From: Candidatus Methanomethylicia archaeon
GTDB taxonomy: Archaea > Thermoproteota > Methanomethylicia > CALHIW01
Direction of reading: 5' to 3'
Length of the DNA: 55,172 bases
Assembly (NCBI GenBank): GCA_038845975.1
Contig: JAWBQF010000014.1
Location: 11,910-67,081, forward strand
Part shown: positions 30,896 through 41,513 of the stretch, piece after piece
Position numbering within the stretch: position 1 is the first letter of the stretch
Layout of the letters: each line of letters opens with the position of its first letter
Notes under the pieces: generated by a model
What the model saw: only the letters and a program-made list of their open reading frames with translations
What the model was told of the DNA's origin: nothing
The model's database searches: none
Made by a program: the position numbers and the translations under genes

Positions 30896-31518
30896 ATCTT
30901 CAACCTCTCTAAGACATTTATAAGCCGTATTCTCTTCTCCATATCTATTATGAATGCCTTAGTATCATCTACAAGTCTCCTAGCAACATCAACTTTATGT
31001 CTAACATTTGGAATAAGAGCTTCAGGATACTCTAAAGTCCTCATATACCCATATATTAGCTCCATATATTCTAAAAGCTTATAAGATTGTTCAATATCGC
31101 CTCTCCTAATGTTTTCAAGAATAATCCTCCTAATTTCACCTATAACATCCCCAATACCTTGAAGATACTGAACAACATCCACTGAAAGCTCTTCAGGCGA
31201 TGGTATGTTATTATCCCTAATTATCGTGTAGAGAAGTTTAGCTTCAACATATTCGCAAATAGCATTATTAAGTATACCACTATTTCTTAAGTCACTATGA
31301 TCTTCAATCATCTTATAAATATCCCTAATATTATCTTCAATAGTATTAATATATTTTAAGGCATCATTAAGCCTCCTTTGATGAATACTGCTTATAGCTT
31401 GACCTGACAACCTTATAATCTCACGCGACACTACAATAATTCTCTCTCTAATTCTATCTCTATCCTCTAATATCTTCTCTATTCTCCTAAATATACTGTT
31501 AAGCTTCTCCTCAATCAA
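30892..31518 (-). CDS. Translin/Trax family (C3PO-like) RNA-binding endonuclease
   Basis: 'RERII..SREI.R.S..AI...H', 'EYVEA', 'YLQGIGDVIGEIRR'. Confidence 0.9.
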   Translation of the reverse strand: MIEEKLNSIFRRIEKILEDRDRIRERIIVVSREIIRLSGQAISSIHQRRLNDALKYINTIEDNIRDIYKMIEDHSDLRNSGILNNAICEYVEAKLLYTIIRDNNIPSPEELSVDVVQYLQGIGDVIGEIRRIILENIRRGDIEQSYKLLEYMELIYGYMRTLEYPEALIPNVRHKVDVARRLVDDTKAFIIDMEKRIRLINVLERLKM

Positions 31519-31664
31519 TATACCACCATAAATAATGATAAGAAGAGAATTTAAGCTTTTTCAACATTTAGTAAAGCTCTCAAAGAATTTAAAGTATAGA
31601 TTTCACCTAACACTAGCTTGTGAATAGAGGGCTAACAGCTTTAAATTAAGATAAGATATTCAGG

Positions 31665-33200
31665 CTATCTACGTCTTCCAAGTACTGCTATTAAGATAAC
31701 AAGTACAGATATAGATATAATAGATAACACTAGGAAATATGGAAGAAGTGGAATGTTTAAAGCTTCCTTAATACGCTCTATTAGGCTTCTTGGTTTAAGA
31801 ATATTAAATGTAGCGTTTATACTTTGAGTAAACATTTTACCATCTTGAAGCCAAGCAATATTAATCTTAACATTAAGATCTCCAGTTGGCGTGCTTTCAT
31901 CTACATCAACTATGAATATAGCTGATTTCTCACCTCCAGCTTCTATAAGACCAAGATAGTCAATAGTAGTACCTGTAATCCTATTACCTCCAATAAGCTC
32001 TAAACTTACTGAGTCAGCATCTACGTTTCCAGTATTCTTTACATTAACTATAATCTTCACCTTAGTATCGCCAGCATACATGCTTTGAGGATTTATACTT
32101 AAAATCTTAAACGATGCCTTCTCGCTTACCTGTATCGGTATGTTGAATGTTTGAAATCCACTCTTATAAGTAACATTAAGAGTAAGATTGTAGCTTTTAG
32201 AAGCTGTGGAATCCATAACGTCAATGTAGAATCTAAATTGAATAGATGATCCCGGCATTATAGTTCCAGGTATAGCCTTAGTTGAGCTTGGCGTTGTAGA
32301 CTTAAATCCTTTAGGTAGTATAAGACTAACCTCAACATCCTCAGCTTTATCCTCACCACTATTAAGCAAGTTTACGAAAATAGAAACCTCACTATCACCA
32401 GGATAAACCCTACTAGGAATATAAGAGGAGCTTACAAGCGTAAAATGAGGGGACTTAACGCTAAAAATGGCTGTAAACATTCTTGATGTATTATAGATAT
32501 TGTTAAGTTCATCCATGTAGACAATATCTAAACGTAGTAAAGCCAATCCGTAAGCATTGCTTGAAGCATATATTGAAAAGCTTAAATCAATAGATTCAGA
32601 TACATCAAGAATACTAATTCTATACTGACTCTCACTTGTAACTGTTAGGAGTGGTGATAGAGAGTTAATAGCTACAGTAAGCCTTCTAGCTGTGGAGCTA
32701 CCCCTATTTAATATAGTAACTGTAAAGCTTCGCTCCTCACTAGGTAGGATATATATTGTGGATCCGTATAAATGTATTTCAGGAGCTCCAGCTAGAGCTA
32801 CAGGTATCTTCAACTTTAAAGTTTTAATATATCCATCAACCCTATATGTTAATTCAAGGCTTAGACGATACTGTGAAGCCTTAGCATCCTCAGATATTCT
32901 TATATCCTTAAAAACCAGAGATACAGTACACATAGGTTCTAAGCTTCCTCTAAATGATGCTCTAGCCCTATCATCTTTACTTAAAGTAGATATATCCAAA
33001 GTAGCATCTATATTCCTAACTTCACGACTACAAACATTCTTAACTACTACAACAAGAGTACCTAAACCACCAGGTTTAACCCCGTATGTGGGTGGCATCC
33101 AGTAAATATCTTCAATACTAAGCTCCCCGCTAGATAATGCATAGACATAGCTAAACTGTATAAAAATAATGGTAAGTATGAAAATAACTATGTATTTCAT
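31665..33200 (-). CDS. COG1361 S-layer-domain (Ig-like repeat) membrane protein associated with ABC exporter
   Basis: Signal peptide, repeated 'PG...N.G...A..V' CARDB-like domains, C-terminal TM + RRR. Confidence 0.85.
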   Translation of the reverse strand: MKYIVIFILTIIFIQFSYVYALSSGELSIEDIYWMPPTYGVKPGGLGTLVVVVKNVCSREVRNIDATLDISTLSKDDRARASFRGSLEPMCTVSLVFKDIRISEDAKASQYRLSLELTYRVDGYIKTLKLKIPVALAGAPEIHLYGSTIYILPSEERSFTVTILNRGSSTARRLTVAINSLSPLLTVTSESQYRISILDVSESIDLSFSIYASSNAYGLALLRLDIVYMDELNNIYNTSRMFTAIFSVKSPHFTLVSSSYIPSRVYPGDSEVSIFVNLLNSGEDKAEDVEVSLILPKGFKSTTPSSTKAIPGTIMPGSSIQFRFYIDVMDSTASKSYNLTLNVTYKSGFQTFNIPIQVSEKASFKILSINPQSMYAGDTKVKIIVNVKNTGNVDADSVSLELIGGNRITGTTIDYLGLIEAGGEKSAIFIVDVDESTPTGDLNVKINIAWLQDGKMFTQSINATFNILKPRSLIERIKEALNIPLLPYFLVLSIISISVLVILIAVLGRRR

Positions 33201-33208
33201 AACAATCC

Positions 33209-34381
33209 CTAACCAATCCTTTTAATAAATGTTTTCAAGCTAAATATAAGAGTTACCAATATATAGCAGATTAAATAGATTATATGATTAGGCATATCTA
33301 TGAGTGTTATACCCTTCACCATTATATTTATCATTGAATCGAAATAATGGTAGAGTGGAGTAGCATATATAATTACTCTAGCATATTCTGGTGTTGCTTC
33401 AGGGGGGATTATAGCACCGCAGAAAACAGCTGAGGGAAGTAGGATAAACGTACTAATCTCAATAGCTTGCATTTGAGTTTTTGAAAGGGTGGATATAGCC
33501 ATACCTGCTGTTAAGGAACCTATACAGAACATAATGTTTAAAATAATAATATCTAATAGGCTTCCCATCAATGCAAGATTAAAGAAGGATATAAGTACCT
33601 CAAATGATATGAAGGTTATAAGCATAGAAATTATAAAGTAAACAATAAACTTACCCATTAGAAAATCAAATCTCGTAATAGGAGTCATAATAAGCTGCTC
33701 AATAGTTTTCCTCTCCTTCTCCCTAGCAACTGATATAGCGGCTAGGGTAAGAGCAGCGTTTTGTAGTGTTAAGCCAGTAATTAAGGGTGAGTAAAAGGTA
33801 AACATACCTACCTCCTTTCCAACAGTTGAAATCTCATTAAGATTTAACTTAACCAAACCATACTGAACATTAACTCTTCCAGAAAGGTTTAATTCTTCCA
33901 GGCTAAGCTGGCTAAGAATTACACTTATAAGCTTGGTTTGAAGCTTAGCTATAATAACGTTAATCTCAGCCTCAATAGTACGTGAAATAGCTGGTGAGCT
34001 ATGAGTAATTACAAGATAGATTACTCCAGAGCCGGATTCAAGTATATTTTTCGAGAAGCCTGACGGAATTATAATTGCAGCATAAACTCTTCCATTCTCA
34101 ACAAGATATCTTGCTCCAGTAAAGCTACTTACATATTCAGATATCTTAAAAACCTTAGAGGAACTAATTTCCTGAACTACATACCAACTGAATAAACCAC
34201 GATCCTCATTAGCTAATGCAATATCAACATCCTTAATTTCACCACTATAAGCCATACCGAAACTTACTATAAATACAAGAGGAGCACCAAGCACTACAGC
34301 AAGAGTACGTGGATCTCTTAAAAGCTGTTTAAACTCCTTACCCATTACTGCTAGAAGCCTATACATTGCCATATTATCCAC
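33209..34381 (-). CDS. ABC-2 type transporter permease
   Basis: 'KEFKQLLRD', 'REKERKTIEQL..TP', 'GK', multiple TMs. Confidence 0.92.
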   Translation of the reverse strand: MDNMAMYRLLAVMGKEFKQLLRDPRTLAVVLGAPLVFIVSFGMAYSGEIKDVDIALANEDRGLFSWYVVQEISSSKVFKISEYVSSFTGARYLVENGRVYAAIIIPSGFSKNILESGSGVIYLVITHSSPAISRTIEAEINVIIAKLQTKLISVILSQLSLEELNLSGRVNVQYGLVKLNLNEISTVGKEVGMFTFYSPLITGLTLQNAALTLAAISVAREKERKTIEQLIMTPITRFDFLMGKFIVYFIISMLITFISFEVLISFFNLALMGSLLDIIILNIMFCIGSLTAGMAISTLSKTQMQAIEISTFILLPSAVFCGAIIPPEATPEYARVIIYATPLYHYFDSMINIMVKGITLIDMPNHIIYLICYILVTLIFSLKTFIKRIG

Positions 34382-35306
34382 TTACAAGCCTTATAAAAGC
34401 ATCCTCCATACTTACCTGAATCTGCCGTATACCAACAAGATTTAATCCAGCTCCTCCAGTAAATGAGGGAATTATAGGTAAAACCTCCTCAGAATTCTTA
34501 ACAGCAATCCTAACACTCCATAAACCATTAGGTTGACTACTAACAGAAATAATAGATCCAAGCTTCTGAAACTCCATTAAAGCATTCCTAGATCCCTTAA
34601 CAGTAACTTCAACAACATCTCCACCATAAGCTTTCCTCTTAAGATTTAAAGGTGTATCAACAGCAACCAGTACACCTTGATTCATTAATCCAAGTCGATC
34701 ACAATTTTCAGATTCATCCATGTAGTGAGTAGTAATGATTACTGTAACACCATTCCTATTAATCTCCCTAAAGAAATGCCAAAACTCTCTTCTAAGTGGT
34801 GGATCAATACCGGCTGTAGGCTCATCGAGTATTAGAAGCTCAGGACTATGAACTAGAGCTACAGCTAAAGCTAAACGCTGCTTTAAACCACCACTAAGAT
34901 TACCAGCTAATACATTTCTAAACCTTTCAAGCTTAACAAGCTCTAAAAGCTCTTGAACACGCTTCCTCCTCTCAAAACCTGAAATACCATATATAGAGCT
35001 GAAAAACTTAAGGTTTTCCTCAACAGTTAAATCCTCATAGAGACAGAAGGATTGAGCCATATAGCCTATCTTAGATCTTACAGCTTCAGCATTCCTCACA
35101 ACATCTATACCAGCAACATTAATACTACCAGATGTAGGCTTAATCAATCCACATATCATACGTATCGTAGTTGTCTTACCCGCACCGTTCGGACCTAAAA
35201 ATCCAAAAATCTCCCCTCTATATATAGTTAAATTCAACCTATTAACAGCTACTAAACCATTAAATTTCTTCGTTAAATCAACAATACTTACAATTGGACT
35301 TAACAT
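34374..35306 (-). CDS. ABC transporter ATP-binding protein
   Basis: 'GPNGAGKTT', 'LSGG', 'ILDEPT', 'TTH'. Confidence 0.96.
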   Translation of the reverse strand: MLSPIVSIVDLTKKFNGLVAVNRLNLTIYRGEIFGFLGPNGAGKTTTIRMICGLIKPTSGSINVAGIDVVRNAEAVRSKIGYMAQSFCLYEDLTVEENLKFFSSIYGISGFERRKRVQELLELVKLERFRNVLAGNLSGGLKQRLALAVALVHSPELLILDEPTAGIDPPLRREFWHFFREINRNGVTVIITTHYMDESENCDRLGLMNQGVLVAVDTPLNLKRKAYGGDVVEVTVKGSRNALMEFQKLGSIISVSSQPNGLWSVRIAVKNSEEVLPIIPSFTGGAGLNLVGIRQIQVSMEDAFIRLVSG

Positions 35307-35453
35307 AGGAACTCCTAAACTACTTGTAAACTACTTAATATCATATAATCCACTTAATAAATCTTATCAACATGCATTAACTATAAAGTCTAGATAAACA
35401 TGTTTTATACGGTAGATTTTTATTTTTGTGTTGAGTTAAATATTGGTGTTAGA

Positions 35454-36146
35454 GTGAAAACTATTAGAATTAATGTGTTGAATAGGGATTACCGTATAGA
35501 GCCTATTGATTTTAGAGTTGACCTACTTCTTCTAGGTGGATGGGCTGGGAGGAATAGAGAGGATGTTATGAAACATATTGAAGAGTTGGCGAAGATAGGT
35601 GTACCTAAACCTAAAAAGATACCGGTACTTTTTCCTGTAAGTAGCTATCTTATTGATGTATACGATGAAGTTGATGTTCAAAACCCACATACAAATGGAG
35701 AAGTTGAATATGTATTGTTTATAGATGGAAATGTGAAATACGTTACTGTTGGGAGTGATCATACTGATAGAGATCTTGAAAAAATAGATGTTGGAAAATC
35801 TAAGCAAGCATATCCGAAAATTATAGCCCCATTAGCATGGCGTTATGAGGATATTGTAGACCACTGGGATGATATAGTGTTGAAGAGTACTATGTGGATT
35901 AACGGTAGGGAGGTCTTATATCAGAACTCCCAGCTTAAATCCTTAATAACACCTACAGATCTTTTAAGAATTATTGATGAACTAGAGGTAAACCGTAGAA
36001 ACCTCGTAGTCTTCTCAGGAACAATACCGGTAGTTAAAGGTGAACTAGCATTCGGTGAGAAGTTTAAAATGGAAATGATAGATCCAGTATTAAATAGATG
36101 CTTATCATACGAGTATAGAATTAAACAGCTACCTCAAATCTACTAG
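35454..36146 (+). CDS. DUF2848 family protein (FAH-like fold)
   Basis: 'GWAGRN....HIEEL...GV..P', 'GEVE', 'VGSDHTDR..E......SKQ', 'FSGT'; GTG 35454 preferred. Confidence 0.82.
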   Translation: MKTIRINVLNRDYRIEPIDFRVDLLLLGGWAGRNREDVMKHIEELAKIGVPKPKKIPVLFPVSSYLIDVYDEVDVQNPHTNGEVEYVLFIDGNVKYVTVGSDHTDRDLEKIDVGKSKQAYPKIIAPLAWRYEDIVDHWDDIVLKSTMWINGREVLYQNSQLKSLITPTDLLRIIDELEVNRRNLVVFSGTIPVVKGELAFGEKFKMEMIDPVLNRCLSYEYRIKQLPQIY

Positions 36147-36150
36147 ATAC

Positions 36151-37980
36151 TTAATCTCTCCTTACAATATCATCAATAAAAATCTTTTCCTGAGTAAAGC
36201 CATAGATTTTCTCTACTTTACGCATTGTTGATAGAAGCTTTACCCATTCATGAGTCCCCATAGTTACTAAAACATAAGTTGTAGCATACTCCTTTCCACT
36301 AGATTGTCTAAGTACTCTACCAAATCTCTGAATCCATTTTCTAGGGTTACTTGGAGGATCAATCCATACCTCAATATCTGCTGATGGAATATCTAAACCC
36401 TCCTCACCAACACTTGTAGATATAAGTATTCTAGCATCCTCCTTAAAGTGTAGAAGAGCAAGTGCTTGCTGCTCCATCGACATATTCTGCTTACCTACAA
36501 GTATTGAAACATCTCCAATACCTTGATCATCCTGAATCATTGGGAAAAGCTGCTTAGCAGCTTCAACAGCTTCAAGAAATACTATAGCCTTACTGTATTC
36601 TTCAGATTTAAGTATTTGCCTTACATAGTTAAACTTATGGTTAAACTCTATTCTTAAAAGCTCTCTATAAGCCCTATATATGCTTAAACCATTAAGTGAA
36701 TCTAGAGGATTTCTTAACTCCTTAATTCTCCATGTACTATAAGACAATACACTACTAGCTCCATCCTCTACAAGCCTAAATCTTAAAGCCTTAAGAGCTG
36801 TTAAAACCACGCATTCCCTATGCTCCCTACATCCAGTATTAAGATGAAGCCTACCATACCTATCTCTAACCTCCCTTTCATATTGGGAGACTATCTTACC
36901 GATTTCACTATATATTTTTAGCAGATTCTCAGATGCTTTAACCCTAAAAATCTTTAAAACACGTTTAGGAATGTATTGCTTAATTTCACTATCCTCTAAT
37001 CTTACAATAGTAATCGTACTAAATATTCTCTTAAGCTCTTCAAATCTACGTTTTGAATGTAACTGCGGAGCAGCACTAAGAGCAATAATTCTACTACCAC
37101 ATGCCTTAGCAGCTAGAAGTATAGAGTATCCATCAGTTTCACCTATGTAGTTTTGACATTCATCAGCTACAACAACATCATATGGAAAGCTGAAATCAAT
37201 CTCCCTGAAGAATTTAGATAGCTCATCAATAGATTCATTTTGCCTAGTACTACCTATAATGGATTCAAATGGAGATAGAATATCGTTATAGAATGTCTGA
37301 GGAGTTGTAACTGCAAAGCCAGCATTCCAAACTCTAAGCATAGATCTCCTTTCAGGACTTATACTACCTGAAATAAAATATGCTTCAACATTAAGCATTC
37401 TCCTAGCAAATATTGTTTGCTGAATACCTAGAGGAACTGATGGAACTAGAAAGAGGACTCTTAATGGTTTAGTTTTAGATTCATCTTCAAGGAGAGAGCC
37501 TGCAATATATGTTTTACCAAGACCTGTTGGAAGCCCCAATATTAAACAGTCACCAGATAAACTGTTTAGAATTCTCTTTTGAAACGGGTATAGAGTATAT
37601 GATGTATTAATATGGAAGGACTGATGTGGGAGAGGATACTGTGGAGAAAGACTTGAAGCTAGCCCAGTAGTAGAATATGGTCCCTCACTAAGAAATCTTA
37701 AATACCCATTAAACCCTCTATAAACACCATCAGTAAGCTCAATCTCTAATGGTATAGGAGGAGTATAGCTACTAATTGTTTTAAACTCTTTCTGTGAGGC
37801 TTTAATAAGACCTCGCCTAATAAGATCATTTAAAACAAGGCTAAGTGTAAGCTCACCTATACCTATAGATGAAAGCTTTCTAGTAAGCTCGTCATATGAT
37901 ACTCTACCACCAAGTGAAGCAATAACTCTATAAACTTCATCTATAATATTTTCATAGTAGTTCACAGTACTCAATACCAT
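36151..37980 (-). CDS. Hef/FANCM/Mph1-like SF2 helicase lacking the ERCC4 nuclease, with N-terminal wHTH-like extension
   Basis: 'LYPFQ', 'LPTGLGKT', 'TPQTFYND', 'DECQ', 'TSVGEEGLDIP', 'IQRFGRVLR'. Confidence 0.82.
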   Translation of the reverse strand: MVLSTVNYYENIIDEVYRVIASLGGRVSYDELTRKLSSIGIGELTLSLVLNDLIRRGLIKASQKEFKTISSYTPPIPLEIELTDGVYRGFNGYLRFLSEGPYSTTGLASSLSPQYPLPHQSFHINTSYTLYPFQKRILNSLSGDCLILGLPTGLGKTYIAGSLLEDESKTKPLRVLFLVPSVPLGIQQTIFARRMLNVEAYFISGSISPERRSMLRVWNAGFAVTTPQTFYNDILSPFESIIGSTRQNESIDELSKFFREIDFSFPYDVVVADECQNYIGETDGYSILLAAKACGSRIIALSAAPQLHSKRRFEELKRIFSTITIVRLEDSEIKQYIPKRVLKIFRVKASENLLKIYSEIGKIVSQYEREVRDRYGRLHLNTGCREHRECVVLTALKALRFRLVEDGASSVLSYSTWRIKELRNPLDSLNGLSIYRAYRELLRIEFNHKFNYVRQILKSEEYSKAIVFLEAVEAAKQLFPMIQDDQGIGDVSILVGKQNMSMEQQALALLHFKEDARILISTSVGEEGLDIPSADIEVWIDPPSNPRKWIQRFGRVLRQSSGKEYATTYVLVTMGTHEWVKLLSTMRKVEKIYGFTQEKIFIDDIVRRD

Positions 37981-38350
37981 TTATAGTAGAACAATATAAA
38001 CCTCACTAATACACAGGAACAATTCATCATGAATCTAAATACATGGTTTACATAAATCAGTAGAAGCCTAAAGCTTAACTCTAACATATTGATAAAGCTA
38101 ATACTCTACTTATCAATAGCTAAGCATACCCCGCCATCAAGGAGGATTCTTTAGGGAGTACTTACATAACCATCAATATGACCATATTAGCAGGGTAATA
38201 GTATACTTCACCTTAAAATGTAAGCTATGAAGAATAGATAGCTAATAAACTACTATATAAAATTAGAAATCTGATTCGGCTGGAATTACTAAACGATACG
38301 GAGTAGCTATAAGCTTAATTAAACCTGAAATAATTAGATTCTATAATGTC

Positions 38351-39859
38351 TTAAATATTAGAATTGCTACTACCCTTCTCTACTATTCCTTCAAGTCCAT
38401 GCCATTTAACTTTAAATCCATATGCTTCAATAATATCTATAGCATACATATCTTCAATTCCTACCTTCCTAAGCATATCTATAGCTTCAGCTAGAGTTTT
38501 TCCATTTAATTCCTTTACAATTTTATCTATAATCTCTACTAGATCCTTCTTTACAGCTAGTCTTCCAACTACTTTATAACCCCTATCAATAGGGGTTTTA
38601 CTATCTAGATTTTTAAGTTTTATTATTGGCTTAGTTAAATCTACTACTGTTTTCCTTGGCTTTTCATATTTTCTAAGAGCTAACAATACATCTACTGGTG
38701 AAAGCCTATTCTTGAAAAGTATTACTTCATGTGGAATATTAGCTATTGATGAACATGAAAGACTCTCATCAGCTGCAACAATCATGTTAACTCCTTTAAC
38801 CATACGTAGCTTCTCAATTTTCCTCTTTAAATACTCAGGAGTCCAAAATCCTACAATCTCAATGTAGATCTTAACATCATCCATTAAGGCAGCGAAGTCA
38901 GGTATAAATATTGACCCATTAGCAATTAGTGGTTCAGGTTCTCTTACAAGTTTCCATCCAAGATTTAAACTATTAAATCTTCTCGCAAAGTCCTCCTCTA
39001 AGCTACTATCATATGCTTCCTCTACCTGTTTAAGCTGTGGAAATAGTTTTTTCTGACTTGATGTTAAAGTGAACTTATAGCTTCTCTTCTTACCCCGTAT
39101 TTCAGCTTCAATAATCCATGATTTTAAGCTAACAATGTAGGGTATTAGCTTAGCAATTAATGTTCCATATCGTTCTATACTTCTTATTATTGATGCTGGA
39201 CCATCTATAGATATTCTTAAACCATTAGCTATCTTCTCAGCAAAATAGAGAAGTCCAAGTCTCTTTACATTCCATAAAAGCCTTTTAGCCTCAGAACCTG
39301 TAATATGGGATTCAATATTAAGCTTTAAGCTTTTAAATAGTAGTGTCTGTGTTAGAGATAAGTTGTATTGTTTCAGTAGTGTTTCAGAATCTAAATCTTC
39401 AAAACCCTCTATAACCTCATTTTCCTCATAAACAGCATCAAAACACTTCTCAACTTCACTAGTAGATATACCTAAGTCTCCAGCAACATACTCAATAACT
39501 TTCCGCCGTTCATCATCTGTTAATACAGCACCTTTAAACATCATGTTTGAAGCTTTAAAAAGCATCATTCTAACAGCTATAGGATTAATAGGGGTTTTAG
39601 GCTTAACCGTCTTAACCCTTCTAAGTAGAATTGTTAGGAGGCCACGGTAAAGCTTATAGTGTATTTTATAGAGATTACAGAATTCAATCTCAAGATCCTC
39701 TAGAGATTTTTGAAGCTCACCAAGTGTTTTACCAATACTAAGCTTAAACAGATTTATTAGTTGATCAGCAATGTAGAGATTACTGTAGCTAAATCCAGCA
39801 AAAACAGGATATATTCTAACACCAACTCTTCTAACTCTTAATAGACTACTTGGAAGCAT
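38351..39859 (-). CDS. bax1: Bax1 endonuclease (DUF790)
   Basis: 'MLPSSLL', 'YNLSLTQTLL', 'DGP.S', 'YDSSLE', 'REPEPL', 'IPDF', 'EIVGFWTPEYL'; 2 nt after xpb. Confidence 0.92.
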   Translation of the reverse strand: MLPSSLLRVRRVGVRIYPVFAGFSYSNLYIADQLINLFKLSIGKTLGELQKSLEDLEIEFCNLYKIHYKLYRGLLTILLRRVKTVKPKTPINPIAVRMMLFKASNMMFKGAVLTDDERRKVIEYVAGDLGISTSEVEKCFDAVYEENEVIEGFEDLDSETLLKQYNLSLTQTLLFKSLKLNIESHITGSEAKRLLWNVKRLGLLYFAEKIANGLRISIDGPASIIRSIERYGTLIAKLIPYIVSLKSWIIEAEIRGKKRSYKFTLTSSQKKLFPQLKQVEEAYDSSLEEDFARRFNSLNLGWKLVREPEPLIANGSIFIPDFAALMDDVKIYIEIVGFWTPEYLKRKIEKLRMVKGVNMIVAADESLSCSSIANIPHEVILFKNRLSPVDVLLALRKYEKPRKTVVDLTKPIIKLKNLDSKTPIDRGYKVVGRLAVKKDLVEIIDKIVKELNGKTLAEAIDMLRKVGIEDMYAIDIIEAYGFKVKWHGLEGIVEKGSSNSNI

Positions 39860-39861
39860 AA

Positions 39862-41226
39862 TTATACTTCACTACTTGGCTCTAAGGCTTTCCTACGTTT
39901 TCTAGAGGATCTTGCCTCTAATGTACCTTTAGTTACTATTTCATAAAGTATAGCTTGCTTACCATTTTTAGGTCTAAGTATTCTACCAAGCCTCTGTATA
40001 AACTCCCTCCTACTTCCGGTTCCACTGATTATTATTGCTATTGAAGCATCAGGCACATCAATGCCTTCTTCAAGAACCTTACTTGTAGCAATAATGTTAA
40101 ATACACCATCCCTAAACATTCTTAATGTTCTCTCCCTTTCTTCACTTATAGTTTTATGTGTTATTTCAGGTATTAATAGTTCCCTCGATATTCTGTGTAC
40201 TACATCATTATACTCAGTAAATACTATTATCTTCTCGCCGCGATGTTTTGCTAAAATATCCTTTAAAACCTTAATCTTTCCTTCAGCATTCAAAGCTACT
40301 ATTCTACTTTCATGCCATGCTAGAAGTGCTTGACGTGCTTCATTATCAAGACCACTTCTCAATATGAGTTTTTGGAAGTCATTTAAAGACCTAATTTTTA
40401 AACCTCTCGATTTAAGAAAACCCTTATAAATACTTGTGAGCTCATTATATTTCTCCTTCTCAATAGATGTTAGCTCAACGGGTATTCTTACAATTCTAAA
40501 TGGAGAAAGAAAGGATCCTGTAAGCTCTTTAACTCTCTTACTATATACTACGTTACCGACAAGTAATGGTAAATCAACATGTTTACCATCCTCTCTTTCA
40601 GGAGTAGCTGTTAATCCAAGTCTAAAAGGTGCAGCGTTAAGCTCAGCTATCTGTCTATAACCTTCACTTACAAGATGATGGACCTCATCGAAAACAATAA
40701 GCTTAAACTTATTCCCAAAATATTCAGCATTAAGATAAGCTGAATCATATGTTGAAACAGTTATAAAGCTAAGTTTTTTCTCTCCACCTCCATAAATCCC
40801 AATATCAACATTAAAAGCCTCAATAAGTCTATCACGCCATTGATATATAAGCTCTATTGTTGGGGCAATAATAAGACTTGAACTATTAACCTTAGCAATA
40901 GCATGTATACCTACAATTGTCTTACCGGTACCTGTAGGTAATACAATAATACCTCTACATTTACTATTAAGCCAGGCCTTTAAAGCCTCCTCCTGATATC
41001 CTCTAAGCCTATATTCCCTTCTTAAAGATATGGAGCCTTCAATAGGCTCCAATACATAATCCTCAAATTCAATATTAGAACCTTCTAAAACACTTTTAAT
41101 TCTAAAATAATCTACTGCAAAAGCTCTAAAAGCTTTTACTCTCTGATCCCATTTTAAAAGATCATGAAGCTGAGGAATCCATTCATCAATGAGAATAGTA
41201 CCCTTATCATAGATAAGCTTAACCAT
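39862..41226 (-). CDS. xpb: XPB/Rad25 DNA repair helicase
   Basis: 'LRGYQ', 'LPTGTGKT', 'DEVHH', 'LTATPERED', 'QRLGRILR'; ATG 41226 preferred. Confidence 0.92.
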   Translation of the reverse strand: MVKLIYDKGTILIDEWIPQLHDLLKWDQRVKAFRAFAVDYFRIKSVLEGSNIEFEDYVLEPIEGSISLRREYRLRGYQEEALKAWLNSKCRGIIVLPTGTGKTIVGIHAIAKVNSSSLIIAPTIELIYQWRDRLIEAFNVDIGIYGGGEKKLSFITVSTYDSAYLNAEYFGNKFKLIVFDEVHHLVSEGYRQIAELNAAPFRLGLTATPEREDGKHVDLPLLVGNVVYSKRVKELTGSFLSPFRIVRIPVELTSIEKEKYNELTSIYKGFLKSRGLKIRSLNDFQKLILRSGLDNEARQALLAWHESRIVALNAEGKIKVLKDILAKHRGEKIIVFTEYNDVVHRISRELLIPEITHKTISEERERTLRMFRDGVFNIIATSKVLEEGIDVPDASIAIIISGTGSRREFIQRLGRILRPKNGKQAILYEIVTKGTLEARSSRKRRKALEPSSEV

Positions 41227-41513
41227 CCAATAAGTAAGAATTCTAAACATTAAAACTTTTCCATCTTATAGAGGCTGTAGCTTTATGATATTGGTAATTA
41301 TAGCTATGCAGATACAAGAGCTGACGGCTTTACTATGTGAAGCTAATTGATTATTAGAGAGTTTAAACATTTTATAACTTGTAGTTAACTTTAAATTTTA
41401 GATTGAGACTTAATGAGGAATACGGTTAAAGATTATAAACATAGTTAATCGTGAATCCATGATATTATAGATATATTTAATAGTGAGGGGGACAAATAGC
41501 TACGGTGGTTTAA

